From a virus (lineage: Duplodnaviria > Caudoviricetes), in IMG/VR virus record IMGVR_UViG_3300035322_000209, positions 1 to 30,102 of that record: DNA of 30,102 nt. One strand, given 5' to 3'. Positions 17,360-24,266 of this stretch are shown piece after piece. The stretch's first letter is position 1; every line of letters begins with the position of its first letter. The notes under the pieces were generated by a model that saw nothing but the letters and a program-made list of their open reading frames with translations, was not told the DNA's origin and made no database searches. Made by a program: the position numbers and the translations under genes.

Positions 17360-18088
17360 TTTTTATTTTTTTAAGTTCTATCTCTGTCTTTTGTTTTTCA
17401 AAACTTAACCAGGTCAGACATGCTGCATAGTTTAGATTTGAGATTTCTTCAAACTTTGTCAAATCACCTTTTGCAATTTGATAGAAGGCTGTCCACCAAC
17501 CGAAATTCTCTCCAAGTGCTTCCTCATTTGTGGAGACAGCTTTCTCACTTGTTTCTGTAAATAGAACTCCAAATGTTTCAGAGACTCTTTCCTTAAACTT
17601 TGCAAAAAAAAAATTGCTCCTAGAGCTACATCTAAGGGCATGTCTTTCATGTTCTCTCTTTTGTCTGAGTCATAGTCCTCTATCAAATACTGATCTTTGT
17701 GCTTCTGCTTTACTTTCCTGTAGAGAACTCCCATTGCATCATCCATTGTGTCCCAATCACTCATCAGTGTGTCTAGATCCACAAACTCTCCAAAGCTCAT
17801 ATCTGTCAGCACAGGAATAAATCCATACTCAGTGCCATTCTTTTCAAACCTCTGGATCAGCTTTGGTTTCTCTTCGAACATCTTGTTGATGATCTCTGTG
17901 ACCTCAACAATTGATGTGAACTTGTACTGATCAACTTCTGGGAGTGGAACTCCACAAAAGATCTCTACTGTCTTTTTTCTCAGAAAGTCTAGATCTGGAT
18001 CTTTGCCCAGGATCTTGTTGAATTTCTGGTATTGTCCCAGAGTAAGCTCTGAGAGTTTGTTTGGTACTGTGAGCTTTTGTGTTTTCAT
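17343..18088 (-). CDS. -1 frameshift-extended tail assembly chaperone (GT-like, about 248 aa)
   Basis: T-TTT-TTT slippery heptamer at 17612-17606; the -1 frame stays open for 87 codons to TGA at 17343 and has no independent ATG start. Confidence 0.75.
17459..18088 (-). CDS. Tail assembly chaperone (G-like, 209 aa)
   Basis: Internal repeat (ELTLGQY / DMSFGEFVDLD); GAIFFL encoded over a T10 run. Confidence 0.65.
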   Translation of the reverse strand: MKTQKLTVPNKLSELTLGQYQKFNKILGKDPDLDFLRKKTVEIFCGVPLPEVDQYKFTSIVEVTEIINKMFEEKPKLIQRFEKNGTEYGFIPVLTDMSFGEFVDLDTLMSDWDTMDDAMGVLYRKVKQKHKDQYLIEDYDSDKRENMKDMPLDVALGAIFFLQSLRKESLKHLEFYLQKQVRKLSPQMRKHLERISVGGQPSIKLQKVI

Positions 18089-18094
18089 TTATTA

Positions 18095-18123
18095 TAAAAC
18101 GTTTGTGTTTGTGTTTATCGGTC
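18095..18123 (-). promoter_or_regulatory. Putative phage-sigma late promoter (GACCGA-N15-ACGTTT)
   Basis: GACCGATAAACACAAACACAAACGTTTTA in the 42-bp gap after terL, 6 nt before the ATG at 18088. Confidence 0.8.
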
Positions 18124-18130
18124 TAAGATT

Positions 18131-19354
18131 CTACAGGAAATTGTATTGTCCCTGGTATGGATTTTTGAGCTGATAGCTGATTGCATATCTAAGAGAGTCC
18201 AGAGCATGGTTGTATTTGTCAATAGGAGTGTTTGATTTTCTGTCTAGCCAGATGTAGTTGTTCAGCTCTTTAACTAGATGCACAGCCTGGTCATCATTGT
18301 GGATCACTAGATCATAGTCCTGGAGCATGGCAATTCCAAATGTCACACTCCCTTGACCTTTGATGCTGGGTTTGATGTTGCATGTGCTTTTGAGTTCATG
18401 GATAAGCCTCACCTCGCTGGAATCTGCAATGATCAGAGAATCTCCTGCATGTTTTCTGTAGAGTGTTCTGAGATCTGATGTAGTCAAAGCCTTGAGATAA
18501 AAGCAGAGCTGTACATAGATGATCTTTCTGTCTTTGTCAATTGATGTTTTCAGAAGCACATTCTCATCCTGGGAAAATCCAAAGTCAGCACCATAGACTG
18601 CTGGAGATACTTCCTGGAACTCTCCTAGTTTCCAATTCGTGTAGATCACACCTTCTGATCTCTCTATCCAATTCCCTTCAATGACTGCTTTGTATCTCTC
18701 TGGTCTCCTTTCCTTCATTCTCTCTATCTGGGCAATGTAGCTTTCTGATAGATTGTTGATGTTGTCTTTGTATGTTGTATGAATGTATGTTGTATCTCCT
18801 TTTGAGAAGTTGCTTCCAGGAGCAACAGATCTGTCCTGGTAGAATCTCTGATAGATGAAATGCTCCTTTGTGCTAGGATTAAGCAGCAGGATCACTCTGT
18901 TTTGTTTGTCCTTCTGTCTGACTGATAGATCTATCTTGTCAAAGGACTCCTCATCAATCTCTTCTGCTTCCTCCATGACCCAGGTTGTGACTCCCTGGAG
19001 TGATTTCAAGTTTGCTGTCTGATCTCCAGATGAGGTCTTGATTCCTCTGAAGAGAATCTTTGATCCGTTCTCTCTGTTGACTATCTCATCCCTGGTGATT
19101 TTGTACATGGGATTTAGTCCGAGCATCTCAATCTTCTCTTTAAACTCTGGAATGATAGAAACACTTGCAGATCTAAGCGTGTATCTAGTGAAGAGAATTG
19201 TGTGTCCTGCTTCCTGGGTAAGTCCTAACAAAAAGACTCCTGTGAAAAAAGACTTTCCAGATCCTCTTCCTCCTGTGAGGATTGTGTATCTAGTCTCATT
19301 CCAGAATCTTCTGTATTTTTTGCTAAACTCAATCTGTGTCTGCTCCTGGATCAT
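18131..19354 (-). CDS. terL: Terminase large subunit (PBSX-type)
   Basis: Walker A GGRGSGKS, Walker B WVMEEAEE, LNP coupling motif, nuclease GADFGF and NHALDSLRY; likely start is ATG 19354 (MIQEQ...). Confidence 0.95.
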   Translation of the reverse strand: MIQEQTQIEFSKKYRRFWNETRYTILTGGRGSGKSFFTGVFLLGLTQEAGHTILFTRYTLRSASVSIIPEFKEKIEMLGLNPMYKITRDEIVNRENGSKILFRGIKTSSGDQTANLKSLQGVTTWVMEEAEEIDEESFDKIDLSVRQKDKQNRVILLLNPSTKEHFIYQRFYQDRSVAPGSNFSKGDTTYIHTTYKDNINNLSESYIAQIERMKERRPERYKAVIEGNWIERSEGVIYTNWKLGEFQEVSPAVYGADFGFSQDENVLLKTSIDKDRKIIYVQLCFYLKALTTSDLRTLYRKHAGDSLIIADSSEVRLIHELKSTCNIKPSIKGQGSVTFGIAMLQDYDLVIHNDDQAVHLVKELNNYIWLDRKSNTPIDKYNHALDSLRYAISYQLKNPYQGQYNFL

Positions 19355-19682
19355 CTTTAAAAACAAAAAGCTTTGAGAAGTCAATAGAAGGCACATCTGA
19401 GTTGAGGTCAATGTTTTCCTTTGCTTGACCATAGCCAGAGTCTAGGAGTGCCTTATATGCACCTACATCACCTTGCCTGGCTTTCTTGACTAGTGCTAAA
19501 GTCATCAGATCCTCCTGGGACATCTGCTCTTCCTCCAGGGTTAATGGATTGACAGCTTTGATGTTTATGTTCAGCCACTTCCTGGCAGTTGTTGATCTAT
19601 TCTTTGCACCTTTTGGTCTGCCATTAGGATTCCCAGACTGCCCTTTTTTAAACTGATATTTTTTGATGTCATCTTTTGCCAT
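19329..19682 (-). CDS. terS: Terminase small subunit
   Basis: FKKGQSGNPNGRPKG and KARQGDVGAYKALLD motifs; overlaps the terL start. Confidence 0.75.
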   Translation of the reverse strand: MAKDDIKKYQFKKGQSGNPNGRPKGAKNRSTTARKWLNINIKAVNPLTLEEEQMSQEDLMTLALVKKARQGDVGAYKALLDSGYGQAKENIDLNSDVPSIDFSKLFVFKDDPGADTD

Positions 19683-19695
19683 AAAGCTGCTGTAT

Positions 19696-19890
19696 TTATG
19701 CTGTATTTTCTACAGTGTCTTGATCTTTAGTTTTTCTATCATTTAGAACTCCTCTTTTGTCTTTTAATAAGTCAACATAGTATCCTGTGATTGGATTGAT
19801 GTTGTAGTTCCAGAAGTCCTCTGGAAATGGATCTCCTTCTCTGTATCGTTTAAGACCATATTTTTTGTACTCTTTTTTTTTAGTCATCAT
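19696..19890 (-). CDS. Hypothetical protein (64 aa)
   Basis: In-operon ORF, FWNYNINPITGY. Confidence 0.55.
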   Translation of the reverse strand: MMTKKKEYKKYGLKRYREGDPFPEDFWNYNINPITGYYVDLLKDKRGVLNDRKTKDQDTVENTA

Positions 19891-20020
19891 AAATTGTTAA
19901 GCAAATGTCTATCAGTGGGAAATAAAGCACATAGTCTGTGCAGTTGTTCTGTGGATAGTGTCTAAAGCCTATCACTAGACCTCCATAGAATCCAATACTG
20001 AGTTCCCATTCATTTTCCAC
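19880..20020 (-). CDS. Small hypothetical protein, about 46 aa (…WELSIGFYGGLVIGFRHY...VLYFPLIDICLTIYDD)
   Basis: Read by hand; fills the gap between neighbours; the GTG start is uncertain. Confidence 0.55.
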   Translation of the reverse strand: MENEWELSIGFYGGLVIGFRHYPQNNCTDYVLYFPLIDICLTIYDD

Positions 20021-20429
20021 AGCAATCACATTTTGGTTTCTCTTCTTTCTCTTCTGTTTCTTTTGGCATTGGAAGATCTAGTCCCCAATCATTGAGATCA
20101 TCAACCTCCCACTCATTAGCCAGCATGTCAAAGTCCCAGCTTCCTGCATTTGTGTTGTCTTTTATGACAAACTCCTTCTGTTTGGATTCACTCCATCCTT
20201 CTGCAACATCAATCCAAATTTCTGACATGCCAGCATCTTGAGCAGCTCTCAGTCTCATATTGCCTCCTAGCACTAGCAGATCCTCATTGACAACAACAGG
20301 GCGTTTTTCTAGCATCTCTGGAAAGGTCTCAATTGACTTGACCAGGGAGAAGTATTTCTCATCTTTGATCAGCCTAGGATTGTCTGGGTGCTTTCTGATC
20401 TTGTATATTTTTTCAAGCCTTCTACTCAT
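20010..20429 (-). CDS. ParB/Sulfiredoxin-like N-terminal domain protein
   Basis: HPDNPR, RPVVV, VLGGNMRLRA and IKDN..AGSWD motifs. Confidence 0.8.
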   Translation of the reverse strand: MSRRLEKIYKIRKHPDNPRLIKDEKYFSLVKSIETFPEMLEKRPVVVNEDLLVLGGNMRLRAAQDAGMSEIWIDVAEGWSESKQKEFVIKDNTNAGSWDFDMLANEWEVDDLNDWGLDLPMPKETEEKEEKPKCDCCGK

Positions 20430-20781
20430 ATCTTTTAAGCTCTGCTCTGAGTTCCTCTACAATGCCTTTTAAACATGCAGAACATGATGAAGGCTTTTCA
20501 TTTGTCCTGTTCACTTTATTGTAAATAGTGTAAATCATGTCTCTCTCCTCTTCTGATTTTAGTCTTTTGCCATTGTAAGTCTGAAAAAACATCTCCAGGA
20601 ACTCAAACTCATCCTGTGTCAGATTCCCTTTTTTTGGAAACCATCTATTGAGAGCTGATTTGCGTTTGCTGCATCCACAGTCTTTGTTGACTGCTTTGGC
20701 AACTGTGTCAACTGCTTTTTTTATTCCCAGGGGTTTAGTCACAAATTTCTCAATATCATCTCCTAGTCCTTTACTCTTCAT
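20422..20781 (-). CDS. Hypothetical Cys-containing phage protein (119 aa)
   Basis: SKGLGD...DCGC..RK..LN; C-terminal CxxC. Confidence 0.7.
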   Translation of the reverse strand: MKSKGLGDDIEKFVTKPLGIKKAVDTVAKAVNKDCGCSKRKSALNRWFPKKGNLTQDEFEFLEMFFQTYNGKRLKSEEERDMIYTIYNKVNRTNEKPSSCSACLKGIVEELRAELKRYE

Positions 20782-21349
20782 AGTAGTGGTCTTTTAGCTT
20801 ATCATTTATCTTCACTTTGCATCTTTTTACTGTTCTGTAGATTGTAGAGACAGAGAGCTTTGTTGCTTGACTCATGTTGTTTGTGTGATTTTTAAACTCG
20901 TATCTGTAGAGATTAAAAACCTTTTTATCAAACCAATAGAAGCTGTTGACATATTCATCAATCATTTTGTCAATGTCTTTCTCACTTTCTAGGATCACTT
21001 CTGGCTGCTCTTCATGATTTTTGTTTGTGTGTCTTTTTAGATAGCCTATGTTCTCATCCAGGGAGATGTATTTGCTCTCTTTCCTGATCAAATCTATGTA
21101 CATATTTTTGACTGTCTTATATAGTTTAAACGTACCAGTGTCAGAGATTCGGTCTAGAAATTTGTTGATCATTCCAGGATTGTTCTCAGCCTTTTCAAGT
21201 TCAGCATACATTTTCAAGAAGAGATCCTGTGTAATGTCCTCATGGTACTGTCCTTTGAGCTTGAAGTATTTCACATCAATGTCATAGACAAAATCTTTGA
21301 TCTTGTCATAGCGTTTGGCAATATATTCTAGTGCCTGTTTTTTGGTCAT
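20771..21349 (-). CDS. ECF-like RNA polymerase sigma factor (late-gene activator)
   Basis: Region-2-like EDITQDLFLK and KNMYIDLIRK; region-4 HTH (MSQATKLSVSTIYRTVKR); lies just before the packaging genes. Confidence 0.75.
   Translation of the reverse strand: MTKKQALEYIAKRYDKIKDFVYDIDVKYFKLKGQYHEDITQDLFLKMYAELEKAENNPGMINKFLDRISDTGTFKLYKTVKNMYIDLIRKESKYISLDENIGYLKRHTNKNHEEQPEVILESEKDIDKMIDEYVNSFYWFDKKVFNLYRYEFKNHTNNMSQATKLSVSTIYRTVKRCKVKINDKLKDHYYEE
21128..21154 (-). promoter_or_regulatory. Third copy of the late promoter, inside the sigma gene
   Basis: GACCGAATCTCTGACACTGGTACGTTT; same boxes and 15-nt spacer; points toward parB-like, terS and terL. Confidence 0.7.
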
Positions 21350-22443
21350 AGTTTTAGAATTTGCTTTCCTACAGCTTCAACTACATTAACTGTGACAGCA
21401 TTTCCACACATCTTGTATCTTTGTGAGTCTGATATGATTCCCTCAGTACCATATTGTGTCCAATTATCTGGAAATCCTTGCAACCTTTCACATTCTAAGG
21501 GAGTCAATCTTCTTATTTTTGAATCTGCAATTGTTCCTTGACTACAAGCCGTGTCAAGTGTTTGTGCAACTCCTTTTCCAACACGACCCCTTCTTGTTTC
21601 TGAATTTAGATTTGAATAATTTATTGAATCACCTTCTTGGGCAATGTCGTATCCTTTTTTTGTTCCGTTTTTTATTTTAATTACTGGTTGACCACTCCCA
21701 TCTTGCCTTGCCCCTGCAGGTATTGTTGGCGAAATATCTTGTTTGTTTTGTCGGAAACCAAATCCGTCATTATGTGTTCTTAGTGTTCCGATTTGTGCAT
21801 TGAATTTATTTTCAACAATGTACGATCCGGTACCTTTTGCTTGGTATCTTGCAGTAAGGGTGTTTGTTGTTTGTTCTTGTACGACATCAGTCTTTGTGAC
21901 GTCTTTTCCGATAGGAAATACCGATCCTCTACTTCTGTTTCCAATATATCCGACAAGGTATATTCGCTCACGGTTTTGGGGTAAAAACCATTTTGTATTA
22001 AGCAGTTGCCATTCAATTCGATAACCCCCAATGTTGGCAAACGCTTGCAAGATTGCTGCAAAGTCTTGGCGATTGTTTGAGGAGAATGTTCCTTTAACAT
22101 TTTCCCAGATAAAAAAATCTGGTCTGCAATCTTCGATAAGCCTAATTGCTTCAAGGATAAGGCTTGATCTTTCTCCTCCCATGCCTTTACGTTTTCCAGC
22201 AAGTGAGAAATCTTGACAAGGACTTCCAAAAGTGATGGCATTGATTCTTGGTAATTCTGATGCTCGAACATCTGTAACTGATCCGACATAATTTGATTTT
22301 TTGAAATTGTGTTTATAAACTTGTTGTGCATGCTTGTCAATCTCTGAGTTGTATGATTTTATTTTAAACCCTGCTTTTTCTAATCCTAGATGAAAGCCTC
22401 CTATGCCACTAAATAAATCTAGTAGTGTGATTGTTTTTCTCAT
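21346..22443 (-). CDS. DNA (cytosine-5)-methyltransferase
   Basis: Motifs I FSGIGG, IV GSPCQDFS, VI ENV, VIII QNRERIY, IX RRLTPLECERLQGF, X GNAVTV. Confidence 0.95.
   Translation of the reverse strand: MRKTITLLDLFSGIGGFHLGLEKAGFKIKSYNSEIDKHAQQVYKHNFKKSNYVGSVTDVRASELPRINAITFGSPCQDFSLAGKRKGMGGERSSLILEAIRLIEDCRPDFFIWENVKGTFSSNNRQDFAAILQAFANIGGYRIEWQLLNTKWFLPQNRERIYLVGYIGNRSRGSVFPIGKDVTKTDVVQEQTTNTLTARYQAKGTGSYIVENKFNAQIGTLRTHNDGFGFRQNKQDISPTIPAGARQDGSGQPVIKIKNGTKKGYDIAQEGDSINYSNLNSETRRGRVGKGVAQTLDTACSQGTIADSKIRRLTPLECERLQGFPDNWTQYGTEGIISDSQRYKMCGNAVTVNVVEAVGKQILKL
21780..22289 (-). CDS. Overprinted +1-frame protein nested in the MTase (beta-subunit-like, 169 aa)
   Basis: Long open alternative frame; ATG 22289 follows AAAAAATCAAATT; carries TLSDILETEVEDRYFLSEK, an MTase-type segment absent from the main frame. 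Confidence 0.7.
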   Translation of the reverse strand: MSDQLQMFEHQNYQESMPSLLEVLVKISHLLENVKAWEEKDQALSLKQLGLSKIADQIFLSGKMLKEHSPQTIAKTLQQSCKRLPTLGVIELNGNCLIQNGFYPKTVSEYTLSDILETEVEDRYFLSEKTSQRLMSYKNKQQTPLLQDTKQKVPDRTLLKINSMHKSEH

Positions 22444-22832
22444 TTGTTTAATGTTTTGTATTTATCAATTATCTCTACCAACTCAAATCTGTCCCACTTG
22501 TAGCTTTGCTTTTTTGAGAGTTCTACTGTCTGCTCTAGATCATAAACTCTGTCCATGCCTATCTTGTCAATCAGATTGGTCCTGTAGTTCAACAAATTCG
22601 CACTCATGTAGTAATTGCATTTAAGGCACTGCCCATGGACATTGTCCTCATTGAATCTGAGTTGTGGATGTTTGCCTGCTGAATAGAAGTGACCAGCCTG
22701 GAGAGTTGTTTTTTTGCCACAGGAGATGCAAGGCTTTCCCTGGTCTCTGTTTCTGATGTAGAGGTGAAAGTGTCTGACAGCTATCTTGATGAGCTGTACA
22801 ACTGTTTTATTTCTGTATATATTTTTAGCCAT
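22440..22832 (-). CDS. ninG: NinG/Rap-family recombination endonuclease
   Basis: YIRNRD..KPCISCG, AGHF, LRFNEDNVHGQC..CN; likely start is ATG 22832. Confidence 0.9.
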   Translation of the reverse strand: MAKNIYRNKTVVQLIKIAVRHFHLYIRNRDQGKPCISCGKKTTLQAGHFYSAGKHPQLRFNEDNVHGQCLKCNYYMSANLLNYRTNLIDKIGMDRVYDLEQTVELSKKQSYKWDRFELVEIIDKYKTLNK

Positions 22833-22856
22833 GATCAAATGGCTATCTGGACACTA

Positions 22857-22885
22857 TAAAGCTACAATCTTTTAAAGCTCATCAA
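22857..22885 (-). promoter_or_regulatory. Possible host-type promoter for the ninG-MTase-sigma operon
   Basis: TTG-N18-TAGCTTTA, one mismatch to the Bacteroidota -7 box TAnnTTTG; lies downstream of two terminators. Confidence 0.4.
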
Positions 22886-22916
22886 GTCTAGAATGATTCA
22901 ACAATTTCGATAGGTT

Positions 22917-22950
22917 ATAAACAAAAACTCCCTACATATAGCAGGGAGTC
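22917..22950 (-). terminator. Rho-independent terminator
   Basis: GACTCCCTGC-TATAT-GTAGGGAGTT followed by TTTGTTTAT. Confidence 0.75.
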
Positions 22951-22971
22951 AAAAAAAAACAAATTAAGATG

Positions 22972-22998
22972 AAAAAAGGTAGCGTTTAAAGGCACGCT
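22972..22998 (-). terminator. Small terminator-like hairpin
   Basis: AGCGT-GCCTTTAA-ACGCT then ACC-TTTTTT, just after the stop at 23004. Confidence 0.4.
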
Positions 22999-23003
22999 CC
23001 AGC

Positions 23004-23360
23004 CTATGCTACAGAGAGTTTTGTTTGAATGTTTTTCTGTGCTTCTTGATAGTGCTTCTGAAAAGCCTTCAGATAGTTTGAAACTGTAGGCTCTGACTTA
23101 TTGATGATCTTGGCAATAGTTTTCTGCTTTTTGCTTTGCATCTTTAGTTCTACTATTTCTCGCATGATCTTAGTATTTAGCCTGGTGTGCTTTCCTATCC
23201 TTTCAAAAGTGAGTTCAAATCTCTCATTCTTTTTTTCTTTTTTAGGGTTCTCTGTTTTTACTTCAGAGACATTTGCTTCCAGGTGTTTCTGGAAAATTGG
23301 TGTGAGTGCCTGGATGATTTCTGTCACCAGGTCTTGAGTTGTATTTGTCATGTTATTCAT
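23004..23360 (-). CDS. HTH DNA-binding protein
   Basis: KQKTIAKIINKSEPTVSNYL helix-turn-helix pattern. Confidence 0.7.
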   Translation of the reverse strand: MNNMTNTTQDLVTEIIQALTPIFQKHLEANVSEVKTENPKKEKKNERFELTFERIGKHTRLNTKIMREIVELKMQSKKQKTIAKIINKSEPTVSNYLKAFQKHYQEAQKNIQTKLSVA

Positions 23361-23367
23361 TTAAAAA

Positions 23368-23754
23368 TTAAAAGGGTAAGTCATCTTTTGTCTCCTTCTC
23401 TGGAGTGTCTAATATTGGGAAAGGTGTCAACTCCTGGTCAGCACTGTTTTCTTTTTCTGCTTTCTCTATTGCATATCCTTTGATTGCATTGAAAGCTCTG
23501 TCAGCTCCTTCTTTGTCTGTCCATTTGTTGCCATTTAGATAGGCAACTACTTTGACCTCATCTCCAGCCTGTATCTTTTGCTCCTGGAGTGTTTTGATTC
23601 CTTTATCATTCCATTCAATTTTGAAGAAATCCGAATACTGATCCTTTTCTACATCTGGGATGTGCAGGATCATGTCCTGGTTTTGGTAGTCTTTTCTTGT
23701 TGTTGGCTCGGCTATCTGATAGACAATGCCATTTAGTTCTAGCTTTATGCTCAT
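23368..23754 (-). CDS. Single-stranded DNA-binding protein (DUF3127-like)
   Basis: OB-fold-like GDEVKV..YLNGNKW and acidic DDLPF C-terminal tail. Confidence 0.8.
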   Translation of the reverse strand: MSIKLELNGIVYQIAEPTTRKDYQNQDMILHIPDVEKDQYSDFFKIEWNDKGIKTLQEQKIQAGDEVKVVAYLNGNKWTDKEGADRAFNAIKGYAIEKAEKENSADQELTPFPILDTPEKETKDDLPF

Positions 23755-23756
23755 TT

Positions 23757-24266
23757 TTAGTATTTAGTTGATTTACGTTCTGTAGAGACCTCAGCTAGTC
23801 CCTGCTTTGTTTCTATGTTGCTGCTGATTGATCTATTCATTCCCACCTCACATCTCTGATCAAAATAGGTTTGAAATATTTTCATGATCTTATCTATGCC
23901 TAGTGATTCATAGAATGATCCATGTTGTCCTTTGATGATTTGATTGAACAGCACAGTGAGATCTGCAAACTTTAGTGATCCATAGTCTGCCAAGATCATG
24001 TGAGTTGCATACTCAATCTGTTGCTCAGTCATTGGTCTTTTTAAATCTAGAAGCTGATTGAGATGTATCATCCAGCCTATCAAGATTGCTTCTATGGTAT
24101 TTGTCCCAGCCTCTCTTTTGACTGAGTTTAGAGTTCCTGTTGTTTTGTCATCAATAGCCTCTTCTATTGTTTTGACTTTTGTTGCCATTGTTAGCATCAA
24201 CTTATGAGGATTGTATTTTTTCAAAAGCTCTCCTCTGGAGGCTTGAGTAGTTACTTTTTGAGTCAT
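23757..24266 (-). CDS. Putative helicase loader/inhibitor-like replication protein
   Basis: Overlaps the 3' end of the initiator gene; helical, LKFADL...GQHGSFY; function inferred from position only. Confidence 0.4.
   Translation of the reverse strand: MTQKVTTQASRGELLKKYNPHKLMLTMATKVKTIEEAIDDKTTGTLNSVKREAGTNTIEAILIGWMIHLNQLLDLKRPMTEQQIEYATHMILADYGSLKFADLTVLFNQIIKGQHGSFYESLGIDKIMKIFQTYFDQRCEVGMNRSISSNIETKQGLAEVSTERKSTKY

Noticed and set aside
19355-19432. N-terminal extension of terL, or a terS-terL frameshift fusion at TTTAAAG
   Set aside because: The extension overlaps terS heavily, and the heptamer is phased in the terL frame rather than the terS frame, so it cannot act as a -1 site for terS ribosomes.
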